Shown piece after piece: positions 35,610-48,537 of a stretch of 64,000 nucleotides of DNA; position 1 is the stretch's first letter; each line of letters begins with the position of its first letter. The translations under genes and the position numbers were made by a program. Below the pieces are notes generated by a model. The model worked only from the letters and a program-made list of their open reading frames with translations, was not told where the DNA came from and searched no databases. Source of the DNA: Octopus sinensis (lineage: Eukaryota); the NCBI RefSeq assembly GCF_006345805.1, contig NC_043004.1, forward strand, positions 80,848,001-80,912,000. The letters run 5' to 3'.

Positions 35610-36088
35610 TGGCCATTTTCAAGTCCTGAAATTTGTGGATTGGGATTAGTCGATTACATCGACCCCAGTATTCAGTAGATAGTTTTTTTTTTCTTCTATT
35701 TATTCATTCTTTTCATCGACACCCCCGAATGGCTGAAAGGCAAAGTCGACCTTGGCAGAATATGAACTCAGAACGTAAAGGCGAATGAAATACCTATTTC
35801 TTTACTACCCACAAGGGGCTAAACACAGAGAGGACAAGCAAGGACAGACAAACGGATTAAGTCGATTATATAGACCCCAGTGCGTGACTGGTACTTAATT
35901 TATCGACCCCGAAAGGATGAAAGGCAAAGTCGACCTCGGCGGAATTTGAACTCAGAACGTAGCGGCAGACGAAATACGGCTACGCATTTCGCCCGGCGTG
36001 CTAACGTTTCTGCCAGCTCGCCGATGAAATACCGACAGATATTTTGACCGGCTTGCTAACGATTCCGCCAGCTCACCACCTTCACACT
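35610..36088 (-). mobile_element. Old S2 SINE with a full-length young S2 copy inserted into its head (10-bp TSD)
   Basis: ATGAAATACC at 35785-35794 and 36024-36033 brackets the young copy. The old head lies at 36034-36088 and the old body at 35610-35784. Confidence 0.85.
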
Positions 36089-36627
36089 TGTTAAAATAAA
36101 TAACATAAGCATAGATTAGTTTAGCTGGAGGAGAGCAGAGCACATCTAGGTATATTTTGGATTGCAAATGGGTTAATAGAGTGGTTACCGGAGAGTTGGA
36201 TACGAAGATAACTGGAAGGCGAGAGAGAGAGAGAGAAAGAGCTTTGTAAAGTAATCTTCTTTAAAGTGGATACATTCATAAGTGTTTCTTGAGGAGTCTA
36301 TGAAAATAGATTCTGTTGTGAAGTGCGTTGTTGTTACTTGTTTTATCCTGTGCCATTACTTTCGGGAAATGGAAGAATATCGCTTACATGTCTTGAAGTA
36401 GTAGTGAAATATGCGAAATACATGTTTTAGAGAGAAGTCTCAGATGTAGAGAGAGAGAAAGTGTGTGTTTTATTTCCTGGAAGAAATAGATGGAGGGATT
36501 AAATAAAATGTATTTTTAACCGGGGCGCAGATATTGCTTTTGAAAGGGTTAAAAACGATCTATTAAAATGTTATCGCGAAACACAAATGGGTAAATAGAC
36601 AAAGAATGAAGCTGGTTGCTTAGAGAT

Positions 36628-37045
36628 GGCGCAGGTGTGACTATCTGGTTAATGGGCTGGCTTTGCAACCTCACCTGGTTGAGTTCAGTCCCACATTGTT
36701 GAATCTGGGGCAAATGTCTTTTATTGTTGCTCCGAGCTGACCAATGCCTTGTGAAGGAATTTGGTAGATAGAAACTGTATGCAAGGGTGAGCTGCAGAAA
36801 TGTTAGCACGCAGGGCGAAATGTTTCGTGGTATTTCGTCCGCCGTTACGTTCTGAGTTCAAATTCCGCCGAGGTCGACTTAACCTTCCATCCTTTCGGGG
36901 TCGATTAAATAAGTACCAGTTACGCACTGGAGTCGTTGTAATCGACTTAATCCTTTTGTCTGTCCTTGTTTGTCCCTTCTATGTTTAGCCCCCTGTGGGC
37001 AATAAAGAAATAAGAAACTGTATGCAAGCCTGTCGCATACATACA
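36628..37045 (+). mobile_element. Degraded S1 SINE containing an S2 SINE (36786-37012) with a 16-bp TSD
   Basis: AGAAACTGTATGCAAG at 36770-36785 and 37013-37028. Confidence 0.85.
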
Positions 37046-37149
37046 TACATACATACATACATACATACATACATACATACACACACACATACATACATAC
37101 ATACATACACACATACACACACACATACATACATACATACATACATACA

Positions 37150-37180
<31 letters not shown>

Positions 37181-37500
37181 CTAGCGACGGACCGGCGTCC
37201 GGTCCAGATGGGGAACCTATACGCCAATGAAACCGGGAAACCGGCCAATATGAGCCAAGCATGGTTCGGGAAGGAACAAACAAAAACAGCAACAAATAAT
37301 ATATATAGAGATAAATCAAAGGTAGGACAGAAAGAACACAACACACGGAAACCAACAAAACACAACATGCGGAAAAATAGACGATAGCACGTCAAACGAC
37401 AAACAGGACAAAAGCAAGATGCACGAATCATTCGCACCCGATTTCCTCATCAGTCGAACTCCGGAAAGTCCTTGCAGTTTCGCCCCCTTATCTCCGAATA
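37181..37500 (-). mobile_element. Pseudo-LTR-like short element with a CTGATGA motif and terminal hairpin
   Basis: GGACCGG-CGT-CCGGTCC hairpin at 37189-37205; motif shared with 757-830; microsatellite flanks. Confidence 0.35.
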
Positions 37501-37744
37501 TATATATATTAGAAAAAAAACACCTTTTATCAATTCAAAATGAACAATTAGATTACGCCATCTAGAAAATTACATAATAGAAATATTAAAATTAAAATAA
37601 CAATAATATACCGATGATTAAGTAAATTGCAAAAAAATAATAAATACGTATATAATTGGTAGAATAACGACACGTGTTTCGTGGCTATATTTAAGAAATG
37701 GTTATAGTAAAAAAAATTAATAGTAGTAGTAAAATCACTATTAT

Positions 37745-37838
37745 TGACTGTGTGGTAAGAAGCTTGTTTCCAACCACATGGTTCCGGGTTCAGTTCCACT
37801 GTGTGGCACCTTGGGCAAGTGCTTTCTACTATAGCCAC

Positions 37839-37877
<39 letters not shown>

Positions 37878-38115
37878 CTTTGTGCCTTTGTGTCTTTGTT
37901 TTCCCGTCCCCACCACAGCTTTACAACCGGGGTTGGCGTCTTTACGTCCCTGTGACATAGAGACTCACGAAAATAGATAACGGTAGGGTGAACACCAGAC
38001 TTTAAAAAAAAAACAATAAATAAGTTCCAGCATCGATTTATTCGACGAAACTAAACCTTCAAAGCGCTGCTCCAGCATGGCCACGGTCCATTGACTAAAA
38101 CAAGTAAAAAAATAA
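37745..38115 (+). mobile_element. SINE family S1
   Basis: Match to 8784-9166. Confidence 0.8.
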
Positions 38116-38597
38116 ACGGCCGAAGATTAAAAAAAAATAACACAGATGATTGACGATGGATGGAAGTTAAATGATACAAAACTTAGGTTTATTTATCAAA
38201 ATGAACGCCACCTAGTTTTAGCGGCATAATACTAGAAAAACCATAGAGAAAGGTCGTCCATTTTAGACATTGTTCTTGTTGTTGTTGTTGTTTTTGTTGT
38301 TGTTACTATGGGAAGAGGCTAAAAGAGTCGAATATTCATGATTCTCTTTGGATGGATTCTCTCTGGAAGTTAGATAAATGGTCACCTGAGAACCCGAGGC
38401 TGTTTATTTGCAATCTCATTGCACGAATAAGCAAGCATTTAACCTCATTCACACGTATTCAGACAAAAAAAAATGGCTAATTCGTATTAATAATTCAATA
38501 AATAACATCACCGCCACCATCATCATCGTCGTCATCATCATCGTCATCATTAGCATCATCGTCATCAACATCAGCAGCAGCAGCACCACCACCACCA

Positions 38598-38631
<34 letters not shown>

Positions 38632-38689
38632 TATCGTCATCATCATCGTCGTCGTCATCATCATCATCATCATCAGTATCGTTATTAAG

Positions 38690-38885
38690 GCGGCGAGCTG
38701 GCAGAATTGTTCGGGCGCCGGGCATTTCGTCCGTCGTTACTTCCTGAGTTCAAATTCCTCTGAGGTTGACTTCGCATTTCATCCTTTCGGGGGTCTAGGA
38801 AGTAAGTACCAGTTGAATAATGGGTTCATTGTAATCGACTAAACCCTCCACAGAAATTGTTCGATTCTGCCAAAAATTTGAAACC
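38690..38885 (+). mobile_element. SINE family S2, old copy
   Basis: GGCGAGCTGGCAGAA...GAGTTCAAATTCC...GTTGACTTCGCATTTCATCCTTTCGGGG. Confidence 0.75.
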
Positions 38886-38912
38886 ATCATCATCGTCTTT
38901 GTTATTATTATT

Positions 38913-39019
<107 letters not shown>

Positions 39020-39086
39020 TGAGTGAGAGAGCAGTGCATGACATCAAAGTGACACTGGGGTAAAATATACGAAGCCCAGTATACCC
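39020..39086 (-). mobile_element. 560-bp element, 3'-terminal 67 bp only
   Basis: Matches the end shared by the three longer copies; (ATT)n on both sides. Confidence 0.85.
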
Positions 39087-39154
<68 letters not shown>

Positions 39155-39179
39155 GGAGGAGGAGGAGGAGGAGGAGGAG

Positions 39180-40738
39180 GTAATCGATCTCACAGCGTCA
39201 ATGTTCTTCTGAGTATGTGTGACATACCAGTTAAGACAATCTTTTGCACTTCCAGCATGGATGGTATATCAGGGATCATTCTTAAATAATTTTCAGTTCC
39301 TTTCTTGATCATTCCAAGTGTTCCTATAATCGTTGGTATTGTAACCGTCTTGAGATGCACATCTTTTCGATTTCGATTAGTAAATCTTTATATTTCTTGA
39401 ACTTCTTGCCGAGATATTATGGTCACAGGGTATGCTCATGTCAATCAATAAACAGACTTTATTGTTTTTGTCTTTCAGAACAACATCTGGTCTATTTGCC
39501 TTGATTGTCCGGTAATCCCAAAGAATAGTTACATTTTCTCTTTCAGTTACAGCCTCAGGGTGGTGCTTATACCATTTATCAACAGTTTTGATTTTATAAT
39601 GCCAACACATTATCCAATGTAGATTTCTGCTCTACAGGTGCTAAGACCTTAAACCCACAGATTCGGTCGTTCAGTATTTCAATGCCATCGTTACAGTATC
39701 AGCACTTTGGGTCAACACCATTTTTCATCAAATTGGCTTGATAGTTCTGGATCAATAAGCTCTGATCTTGAACAGCCAAGATAAAACCTTCACTCTCTGC
39801 CTTTAGTCCTGAGCTCCATAACCACTGATGGGTGTGCTTCAGGTCTACATCAGCTTCTTTGCTACGGGCCACATATTTGCCGTGCAGAGGTTTTTGTTCC
39901 CACCTATCAGCCAATTGTTTTGCTATTGATTTCACCTTCTTTGCATCTACAGTTGCCGCACTTTCATCATGCTGTTCAACCTAGGTATTGTGCATAAACT
40001 CACTTTTTTGCCTTTCCTCATAACAGAATGAAGCTTCTTACATCTTTCATGGTTTTTAACGAGATTTAGCTTCTGGTTGTTAGATATTTCAAGATATTTT
40101 GCCAGTGAAATTGTGGTGGTTTTGTAAGAGATTTCAAACTCGATCAAGCCTCGACCTCATTGAGCTCTGCGTAGGTAAAGACGATCTGCGTCTGCCCTTG
40201 GGTGGCGCTCCTTATAGCAAGTCAGCAACTTACGGATTTTCCTGTCAATCTTCTTTATTTCGCTCATATTCCAGTTCAACACATTGAAACTGTAAACAAC
40301 AACCGGAACTGCTAAGGAATTTATAGCGAACACCTTGTTACATGCATTTAACTCAGATCTTAAGACTGCTCGAACCCTCCTGTAACATTCCTTCCGGATC
40401 TTCTCTTTAATGCTTGTATGCTGAATGCCAGAGCCCTCATTTATTCCGAGGTATTTTTAAGTGTTCCTGCTTGAGTTCTTTTATGATTGTGTTAATATCA
40501 AACACTACTGAATGTGAAGTCTTCAGTTTCTCTTTCTGGAAAGTGGCCTTGGTACATTTATCAAGACCAAATTCCATCCCAATGTCGTAACTGAATGCTT
40601 TCACAGTACGTAGTAGTCGTTCAAGCTCATTATCGTCTTTGCCATAGAGTTTTAAGTCATCCATATAAAATAGATGACTTGTTTTCTTGTCGCCAATTTT
40701 ATATCCATACCCTGTTTTGTTAAGTTCACTTGTAAGGG

Positions 40739-40740
<2 letters not shown>
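39180..40740 (-). mobile_element. Degraded R4/Dong-like LINE (RT to RLE), many stops and frameshifts
   Basis: MDDLKLYGKDDNELE..., WEQKPLHGKY...KAESEGFILAVQDQ, ANRPDVVLKD...LIDMSIP parallel the 586-aa ORF. Confidence 0.88.
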
Positions 40741-40775
<35 letters not shown>

Positions 40776-40776
<1 letters not shown>

Positions 40777-41330
40777 GAGTGAGAGAGCAGTTCATGCCAT
40801 CAAAGTGACACTGGGGTAAAATATACGAAGCCCAATATACCCATCATGACTACCCGTCTGATAAAGGTACACCAGGCACATGCATCACAACCATATGTGC
40901 GCGACATGGTGATCTCATATCAAGATAAACAACACATGACCTTGCAGGTGGGGCCCAGTTAGAATTTTCTTCAGGTTGAGTAGCCCATCCTGCTCAAACG
41001 GTCCCTGAATAAGGGTTGCTTTAGGATGTTGAACGAAACACCTATGTTTCCAGAGGTGAACCATTCAAACTCCAAAGAATCCCTCTCAACACATGGCCAT
41101 GATGCTCCCCCACTACTTCTGCTCGTGATCAGAGATGCACATATCGTCAGCCACTAAGGGACATGCTCAACTGGTTAAGGTCAAACAACTGACAAGCAAA
41201 CCTGTGGTATTGAGCAGAATATTTGCTGTAGCCCATCTTTTATACCAAGACAAAACAATGTACATGATAACACTTCCAGTCAGTTAAGATCAGAAGCCAT
41301 GAGAGCCACTGCCTGGTACTGCATCAGGGC

Positions 41331-41331
<1 letters not shown>
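40776..41331 (-). mobile_element. About 560-bp non-autonomous element, apparently complete copy
   Basis: From TGCCCTGATGCAGTACC to CTCTCTCACTCA(ATA)n on the minus strand; (ATT)n flanks. Confidence 0.9.
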
Positions 41332-41399
<68 letters not shown>

Positions 41400-41400
<1 letters not shown>

Positions 41401-42110
41401 GTCTTTGCACGGCTTCTAACGCTGGAGATGTACTACAGTGTCAGCTGTTCACTTAACAATGAACTAAGGTAACACCTCTTATTTTTCGAACACCTTCCGG
41501 AGTATTCGAGCGGTTCCCAGCAGTGCTGTTTTCTGCAGCCCCTATTTGTTCCACGTACCTCTCGAGATTTTTGCTCACTGTTCCCAGGGCTCCGACAATT
41601 ATTGGTACTACTGTTACCTTTTCATCGATCACAACTGCTTAACTTCCCAAGCTAACCTCTCATATCTCTCGACTTTTCTTTCTTCCTTATCACATACCTT
41701 GTTGTCAGCTGGGCATGCTATATCTATGATCCAGTATAGTTTGTTTTCTTTCTCAATAATGACCATGTCTGGCTTCCTATTCTCTATCTCATGGTCGCCC
41801 TGAATCATAAAATCCCATAGGATCTTTGCATTTTTGTTTTCGATGATGCCTTCGGTTTTGTGGTCGTACCAATTTTTTGCTCTGTCAAGTCCATTCTTGT
41901 TGCAAAGTGTCCAATGGACAACCCTGGCTATATTGTCATGGCGCCTTTTATATTCCTTCTGGGCTAGTGGCGTATATTGGCTGGCAGTATGCCATACGGT
42001 TTCACCGTTTTGTCCACAGATTCTGCACTTATCACTTTCTGATGTGTTGTCTATTCTGTATTTTATGTAGTTTGTTCTTAGTGCTTGCTCTTGGGTAGCA
42101 CAGATTAGAG
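41400..42110 (-). mobile_element. Second R4/Dong-like family, CCHC-RLE region and 3' UTR
   Basis: Minus CRICGQNGETVWH...EYKRRHDNIARVVHW...RKPDMVII...IDIACPAD...; 3' UTR shared with 26627-26826. Confidence 0.85.
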
Positions 42111-42173
42111 CCTACGTTTCCAGTTTTAGTCCCCTACACCCAAATTTCGGGCCTTGTGCCTATAGTAGAAAGG

Positions 42174-42309
<136 letters not shown>

Positions 42310-44069
42310 TAGTAGTAGTAGTAGTTGAATTCCTGGTAGCATTTGTCATCATAATAGTTGTGATATGGTTGTTGTAGTTGTAGTTGTTGGTGTTGTTTTT
42401 CTCTTTGTTTGTTTGTTTGGTTTTTGAGTAGAAAACAGCTGTCAGCATCGAGCATCATGTAGTTTTATTTCTATTGGGAAGTGTTTTTCTTCCTTTTTTT
42501 TTTGTTTTAGAATAAAATCAGAAAAATTGTAAATAAATCGATATGTCGAACTGAAGTCGTTTAGAAAACAGAGATCTCCATTCTGCATGAAATATCAAGG
42601 AATCGATAACAAACATTGAAATATCTGAATATCTTTTATTGTTTATTCCAACACCGACAAAAAAAAAAAAGAAATAAAGAAAAAAATCAACAATAACAAC
42701 AACAACAAAAAAACGAAGAAGAAAATAGGGGGCAGACGGATGGGTGTGGCGGAATTGAAAGCCAGCTATGATTGATCAGCCTCAACTATAAATTCTTTAG
42801 TTTTGGTCAGTCTTCTTGTAATAATATGTGGTGTATGTATGTGCGTGTGAAGTGTCCATGTCTATGACTATCTGTATAAGCGCGTAAATTTATGCGTATA
42901 CATGTGTGTGTGTGTGTGTGTGTGTATGAGCGTGGGTGGGTGCCTGTGTTTGTGCGGAGAAAGGTTATAATGGAAGCAGGGAGAAGTTGAGGAAGATTCT
43001 GTTGATTTCAGAACTTGGCCAAAAGTTGCTTACAAAATATTGTAATTGTGAGAGAAAGAGGGCAGCAGCGGTGGCGACGGTAGTAGTGGCATGGCTGGCG
43101 GCGCTGGTAGCGGTGGTGGCGGATGTAGTAGATTGGTAAGGCGGGTATTAGAGGAAGAAGAAAGTCAACTGTTTGTGGTATCTTCAAGACAAACATAAAT
43201 CATTGCTGTTTGTTAAAAAATAAAATAAACAAAATTAAATAAAAATTAAAACAAAATATAGAATGAAAAAGAAAAGAAAAACAAAATAGAAGAAAAGAAA
43301 AGGGGAAAATATCAGGAAATATTGAACATAAACACTGAAAGGGAATAATCGATATCAGTAATTATTGAAAATTTTCTTGATTAAAAGAACGCTGTAGTTA
43401 ACATATACAGCCATTTTGGCTCATAGAAATGTAACCGTTTATTCCACAAAAATTATCATATTCTTTCCTTTCACACAGAAAAGGGCAAGATGTTAACAAC
43501 AATAAGAAAAACAACAAAATATTTATAAAAAAAACAAACAATAATAATAACAACCAAGTAGAAGAAACTGAAAAATAAAACAATAAAAACGTAAATATAG
43601 ACAAAGAAAAAAATAAAACAGGGTGACATTCGCTGGATTTCACTGAAGAAATTAATTTTTTAATGAAGAAATAAATATGACTTAAGAAGGCAGTGAAAGT
43701 CCGTTGACATCTTTGGAGCTCACGGAAGATGGAGTATGGTAATTATATGTATGACAAACTTGGCTATCATCTGAGTGATATCGCTGTTGTTGTTGTTGTT
43801 GTTGCTGCTGCTATTGCTGTTGTTGTTGTTGTCGATGTTCTTAGTGTTATTCTTGTTCTTGTTCTTTCTTGTTAATTTCTCATTTGTTTTGATTTTAAAA
43901 GCAGTTTATGGCGTGTGTAATTTATTTTGCTCACGCTTAGTTAAATTTAACCATTAAAATTAGTTTTGCAATGGAGTCCATAATTTAACAATGTGTAATA
44001 AATGGTTATCACTCCGAAATGGACCGCCATCATCTCTAGTCAAGTGGATTGCTATGCACGAGATATCCT

Positions 44070-44131
<62 letters not shown>

Positions 44132-44164
44132 AGAAGCGTACACACACACCATTGAGGAAGTGTC

Positions 44165-44860
44165 ACTCCCTAACTGTAGAAGGAACATGTGGAATAGGTA
44201 GACCCAGGAAGACATGGGATGAGGTGGTGAAGCAAGCCCTTCGAAGATTCGACATCATAGAGGCAACGACAGGAGACCGGGATCTTTGGAGATATGCTGT
44301 GATTGAGAAGACTCGACAACTAAAGTAAGATCACAGCCACACATGTTCAGCGCTGTTAAGAATACTTCTGATGCGTCGGGCAATATGATATGTTTGAGAA
44401 GACCCGTTGAGTCAAGTAAAACCAATATCATACCTGGAGCCGGTTATCCCTGACTTGGCTCCTATGCCGAAGGCACGTAAAATGTGCTATCTGAACGTGG
44501 TTGATGCCAGATCCACCTGACTGGATCTTGTGCCGATGGCACGTAAAAGGCGCCATCCGAACGTGTTCATTGCCAGGCTCGCCTTACTGGCTCCGGTGCC
44601 GATGGTACGTAAAAAAACATCATCCGAACGTGGTTGATGCCAGGTCCGCCTTACTGGCTCCTGTGTCGATGGCATGTAAAAAGCACCTTTTACACTTTCG
44701 GAGTGGTTGGCGTTAGGAAGGGCATCCAGCTGTAGAAACTCCGAAAGACCAGACAGGAGCCTGATGCAGCCCCTGGCTCTCTAGACCTCCGTCAAACCGT
44801 CCAACCTATGCCAGCATGGGAAGTGGACGTTAATCGATGATGATGATGATGATGATGATG
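44165..44860 (+). mobile_element. RTE 3' fragment followed by an RTE-associated element with about 66-bp tandem hairpin units
   Basis: GRPRKTWDEVVKQAL...DRDLWRYAV; three to four units starting GCCGATGGCACGTAAAA at about 44467, 44533, 44598, 44665; GGTTGGCGTTAGGAAGGGCATCCAGCTGTAGAAAC; (GAT)n tail. Confidence 0.75.
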
Positions 44861-44867
44861 ATATTCC

Positions 44868-45060
44868 TTTATTCTTTTATTTGTTCAGTCATATGACTGA
44901 GACCATGCTGGAGCACTACCTTTAGTCGAAGAAATCGGCCCCAGGGCTTATTCATTGTAAGCCTAGTACTTATTCTATCGGTCTCTTTTGCCGAACCGCT
45001 AGTTTACGGAGACGTAAACACACCAACATTGGTTGTTAAGCGATGCTAGGGGGACAAACA

Positions 45061-45130
<70 letters not shown>

Positions 45131-45260
45131 CGACGGGTTTCTTTCAGTTTCCGTCTACCAAATCCACTCACAAGGCTTTGATCGGCCGAGCCTACAGTAG
45201 AAGACACTTGCCCAAGGTGCCACGCAGTGGGGCTGAACCTGGAACCATGTGATTGGTAAG
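44868..45260 (-). mobile_element. SINE family S1
   Basis: Reverse-complement match. Confidence 0.8.
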
Positions 45261-45294
45261 AAAGCTACACACACGCACACACACACACACACAC

Positions 45295-45364
<70 letters not shown>

Positions 45365-45365
<1 letters not shown>

Positions 45366-45860
45366 CTTTTAGATGCTTCAGTCATTGGACTGCGGCCATG
45401 CTGGGACACCGCTTTGAAAGGTCTATTGAACAAATCTACAGCATTACATCATTGTTTCAAATATGGTACTCATTCTAATTGTCTCTGTTTGCCAAATCGC
45501 AAACTTCCGTGACATAAACAAACCAATACCGCTTATCGAGTTGTGGTAGGGAACAAACATAAACACAAAGATGCGCGCGCACACACACACACATTTATAC
45601 GATAGGCTTCTTTAAGTTTCTGTCTACAAAATCCATTCACAAAACAGGCCTTGGTCAATCCGAGGCTGTCCAAGATGTCACACATAATAGATCATATCTT
45701 CATATAGGCGCAGACGTGGCTGTGTGGTAAGAACCTTGCTTCCCAACCACATGGTTCCGGGTTCAGTTCCACTGCATGGCACCATGGGCAAGTGTCTTCT
45801 ACTATAGCCTCGGTCCGACCAAAGCATTGTGAGTGGATTTGGTAGACGGAAACTGAAAAT
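45365..45860 (-). mobile_element. SINE family S1, two partial copies
   Basis: Reverse tail at 45365-45670 and forward head at 45708-45860. Confidence 0.7.
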
Positions 45861-45901
45861 GTGTATGTTACATATGTAATAACATATATGCACACACACA
45901 C

Positions 45902-45951
<50 letters not shown>

Positions 45952-46290
45952 TATATATATAAAATGGTCAAAATTTTTCCACTGGAACTTAGTTCAATTT
46001 GGAAACTCCACCAGAATGGACTCAAGCGCTAATATATGATATAGGATATGAATTATATGATGTATAAAAACATGTAATATACAAATAAATATCTGTAAAT
46101 ATAAAACCATCCGAATTTCTGAGTACCTCATTTCTTCTAATATAAAATACCTGTACATCATCTCCAAACCTTCAAACATATATATATATATAATTAGAAG
46201 ATGGAGAAACCCATAGAATAACCTACACATCGATTGGACCACATTTATAGCTTATTTGTTAATACAAAGCATTACATGCTTTGTATTAAT

Positions 46291-46668
46291 AAACTTGCAG
46301 TATCGCTCGGCGTTGCTCGGGTTTGTTTCGACCCTTTAGAATTGGAATTTTTAAAAAGTAAAAATTGTGCATTATGTAGCTTGTTATTTTCTTTAAGTGA
46401 ACATTTTTCTGGTTGAAATACACCGAAAAATGGCGACACAGCAGTCAAAAAATCGTAAAAGATAGGGATTTTCAAAGATAAAAAAAGCACCTTTTTGATG
46501 TAAATAATTTTTGGTGTTAACATGGTCCGATTTGAATTTTTTCTTCTACGGAAAGAAGAGCAAGCTTTCTTCTATCATACTCTCAAATTTGGTCAACTAG
46601 TGTTAGTTGAAGGCTACCAAACCTGCCATACCTGCAGACAACTTCAGCTTTGTATGTAGAGAGATAGA
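46291..46668 (+). mobile_element. Non-autonomous Helitron/Helentron-like element
   Basis: Starts AACTTGCAGTATCGCTCGGCGTTGCTCGGG and ends CAGACAACTTCAGCTTTGTATGTAGAGAGAT. These termini resemble invertebrate DINE-1/Lep1-type rolling-circle elements as I recall them; not searched. Confidence 0.5.
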
Positions 46669-46904
46669 TACGCTATAAATGTGATCCAATCGATGTATTT
46701 GTTAATCTGTGATTTTCTCCATTTTCTAATTATTTGCATTGGTTCCTGATAAGCTCTTGTTTATCCTGTTGTTACCTGCACTCTACGTGTATAGTGTACC
46801 TGCACACCAATGCCCGAGGATGAAACAGGTAACGGATATCGATAGTATATACGGATAGTTTTATCCCTTAACCGGTTACTATAACCGCTAACTCTGTTTA
46901 CATT

Positions 46905-46996
<92 letters not shown>

Positions 46997-47214
46997 ACAA
47001 TAATTAAGGGTTTAGCAACAAGTTGCTTAACCACATACCGAAAAATTTAGAAATAGTAGTCAAAAGACCGTTATTTCTTTTCGCTACAGAATGTGACCCC
47101 ATAGATAACACTCTCTGTAACTCACACAGGCAAAAAAGAAGGAAAATAATAAAATCAAACAGTCTTCGGTTAATTATGGACGTGTTAAAGATACAAAGAT
47201 ACATAAAAAATATG

Positions 47215-47362
47215 AATAATATCTGTCACTTGTGTTTTGAACCTTGTCAGTCAGCAGCTGGTCTTAAAAGTCATCTAAGGGCTCATCAACGGAGTGATTG
47301 TACTGTGTGATGGGGGTTGGTGTGTGTATGCTGATGGGACGGCTATCATCTCTCAAGATGAA
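47215..47362 (+). mobile_element. RTE 3' end with C2H2-like finger
   Basis: ICHLCFEPCQSAAGLKSHLRAHQR followed by a short UTR and (ATC)n tail. Confidence 0.6.
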
Positions 47363-47395
47363 GCAATCATCATATATATGTGTGTGTGTGTATAC

Positions 47396-47428
<33 letters not shown>

Positions 47429-47481
47429 TGTATGTATGTATGTATGTATGTATGTATGTATTAGAAAATATCAAAAGATAT

Positions 47482-47652
47482 AGGCGTAGGAGTGGTTGTG
47501 TGGTAAGTAGCTTGCTTACCAACCACATGGTTCCGGGTTCAGTCACACTGCATAGCAACTTGGGCAAGTGTCTTCTACTACAGCCTCAGACCGACCAAAT
47601 CCTTGTGGGTGGATTTGGTAGACGGAAACTGAAAGAAGCCCGTCGTATGTGT

Positions 47653-47695
<43 letters not shown>

Positions 47696-47920
47696 CGTGT
47701 GTGTGTATATGTTTCTGTGTATGTGTTTTTCCCCCAACATCGCTTGACAACCGATGCTGGTGTGTTTACGTCCCCGTAACTTAGCGGTTCGGCAAAGGAG
47801 ATCGATACAATAAGTACTAGGCTTACAAAGAATAAGTCCTGGGGTCAATTTTTTTCGACTAAAGGCGGTGCTCCAGCATGGCCACAGTGAAATGACTGAA
47901 ACAAGTAAAAGAGAAAAAAG
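47482..47920 (+). mobile_element. SINE family S1
   Basis: Full-length match. Confidence 0.85.
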
Positions 47921-48169
47921 AGACGCGAGAACATTCATTGTCCTAAAACCAGTACGAAATGAAACGTAATCTTGTTCAATTGACCAGACACTTAGTTCAA
48001 CAGAGCTGGCAGCTTCAAGAGGTTAGTAGCAGACCACTTATCCTAGAATCCCTGAGCCGTAGCAGTCAACGGAAGGGGTGGAAGTCGATGTAGTGAATTC
48101 AATAGGATGGGGGGGGGGGGAATTGCGGTGAGGGTGAGTTAAGGCGAGTTAGAGGAAGGCAAGATGCAC

Positions 48170-48537
48170 ATTTTTTAAAAGCTCATTAAGTTCCAGTGAC
48201 TGTTTAAATTAGTATCAAAGGGCTTTTTCTCACACCATGTATGGGTCTGTACATGTCTCAGTATATACTGCGGGGTCACTCCGAAAAGTTCTATCTACGA
48301 CGATTTCATCTCAATCGAAGGTGAGGGGCTTTCTCCGTCCGGGTTGCGGATCCGTGGAATAAGCTGCCGGACGAGATAGTGAAGATGCCGACGACCGCTC
48401 GGTTCAAAGTCTCTCTTGACCAGAAATGGCTTGAACTCTTTGTATGGCCACCCTCCCTGTACATAACTCCCTGTCCCCTTACATGGCCTTGCTTTTGCTT
48501 TTTGAGCCAATAAAAATTGAATTGAATTGAAAAAAAT
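48170..48537 (+). mobile_element. CR1-type LINE 3' fragment
   Basis: RGHSEKFY...FSVRVADPWNKLPDEIV...FKVSLD; AATAAA then (AATTG)n tail. Confidence 0.8.

Noticed and set aside
41290-41331. HDV or hammerhead ribozyme at the 5' end of the 560-bp element
   Set aside because: CTGATGC is not a hammerhead core, and I could not build the P1/P3/P1.1 pseudoknot by eye.
43000-43140. Possible exon (TTTCAG...TG/GTAAGG) with an Ala/Val-rich frame
   Set aside because: The open frame is explained by a GGC/GGT low-complexity tract; no supporting neighbouring exon or motif.
44460-44700. 66-bp hairpin units as CRISPR-like repeats
   Set aside because: The whole unit is repeated; there are no spacers.
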